A program made the translations under genes and the position numbers. A model generated the notes under the pieces. That model did not search any database. It was not told the origin of the DNA and saw nothing but the letters and a program-made list of their open reading frames with translations. Source: Cetorhinus maximus (Eukaryota). From it: a stretch of DNA of 64,000 nucleotides. The stretch's first letter is position 1, and each line of letters begins with the position of its first letter. Positions 63,426 to 64,000 of this stretch are shown one piece after another. The DNA lies in contig NC_135893.1 of the NCBI RefSeq assembly GCF_964194155.1, positions 75,330,001-75,394,000 on the forward strand, read 5' to 3'.

Positions 63426-64000
63426 GATGTAGGGTCGGCAACTCTTGCTGGACAAATTCCAGGAGATGTCACCAGAAGTGACGTCACAGTGTGGTGCGAG
63501 CGGGTTCGATGATAATCCTACATGTCCAAAACGACCGAACCCTGGTACCTGGTGGGGAATTCACTGCATACACTGTCTAATAGGCTTTGGAAAAGCAATC
63601 GATGTGTTCTGAACAGTACAGCCTTCAAGTTCCATTGTGTGGACATGATATTCTGATTGTGCCGTTCCTGGAACCACTTGGTGCTTCAGGAATTCGGGGA
63701 AATAATCCCACGAAACATCAAGCCAGGGAGCCCCATGGGTCTATGTACCTTGGAAAGCGATTGCTGGGGTGTGCGAGCTCTTTGTAAGTGGGGAGTTTGA
63801 GCCGAGCCTGTTCATTGGCTCTTTTCTCAGTCCAGGGGCACCAGGTGGACTGAAAGTTAAGTCATTGACATCACCAGCAGAAACTGGCTCCAGCATCAGA
63901 GGCCAGCATAAGCCACAGGAGAAAGAGTGGTGACAGTTCCAGGGGGGTGGACAGCAACTTCAGCTGCGGACTGGGCAGCTGCCAGGTTCACCACAGTGGC

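Overview
Vertebrate, repeat-rich genomic DNA. The repeat repertoire (DeuSINE, CR1/L2, Penelope, Harbinger) points to a cartilaginous fish such as a shark; this is an inference. Two host genes lie on the + strand. One is a complete 3-exon GFER (ALR/Erv1 FAD sulfhydryl oxidase; CDS 12727-23221). The other is the first coding exon of a synaptogyrin, most likely SYNGR3 (43455-43553), whose intron 1 runs past the window end. Almost everything else is decayed transposons and tandem repeats. Notable items: (1) short Penelope-derived retroelements carrying a minimal hammerhead-ribozyme motif, some as long hairpins and some with 13-15 bp TSDs; (2) a Penelope>Gypsy>Harbinger nest in GFER intron 1; (3) complementary Harbinger derivatives that together outline the autonomous element; (4) a GFER start codon in a perfect TISU/YY1 context, squeezed between a ~34-bp minisatellite and a G-rich tract; (5) loss of the Met that starts mammalian short-form ALR. 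I found no prokaryote-type system and no CRISPR array. All calls were made by eye, and repeat boundaries without TSD/TIR evidence are approximate.
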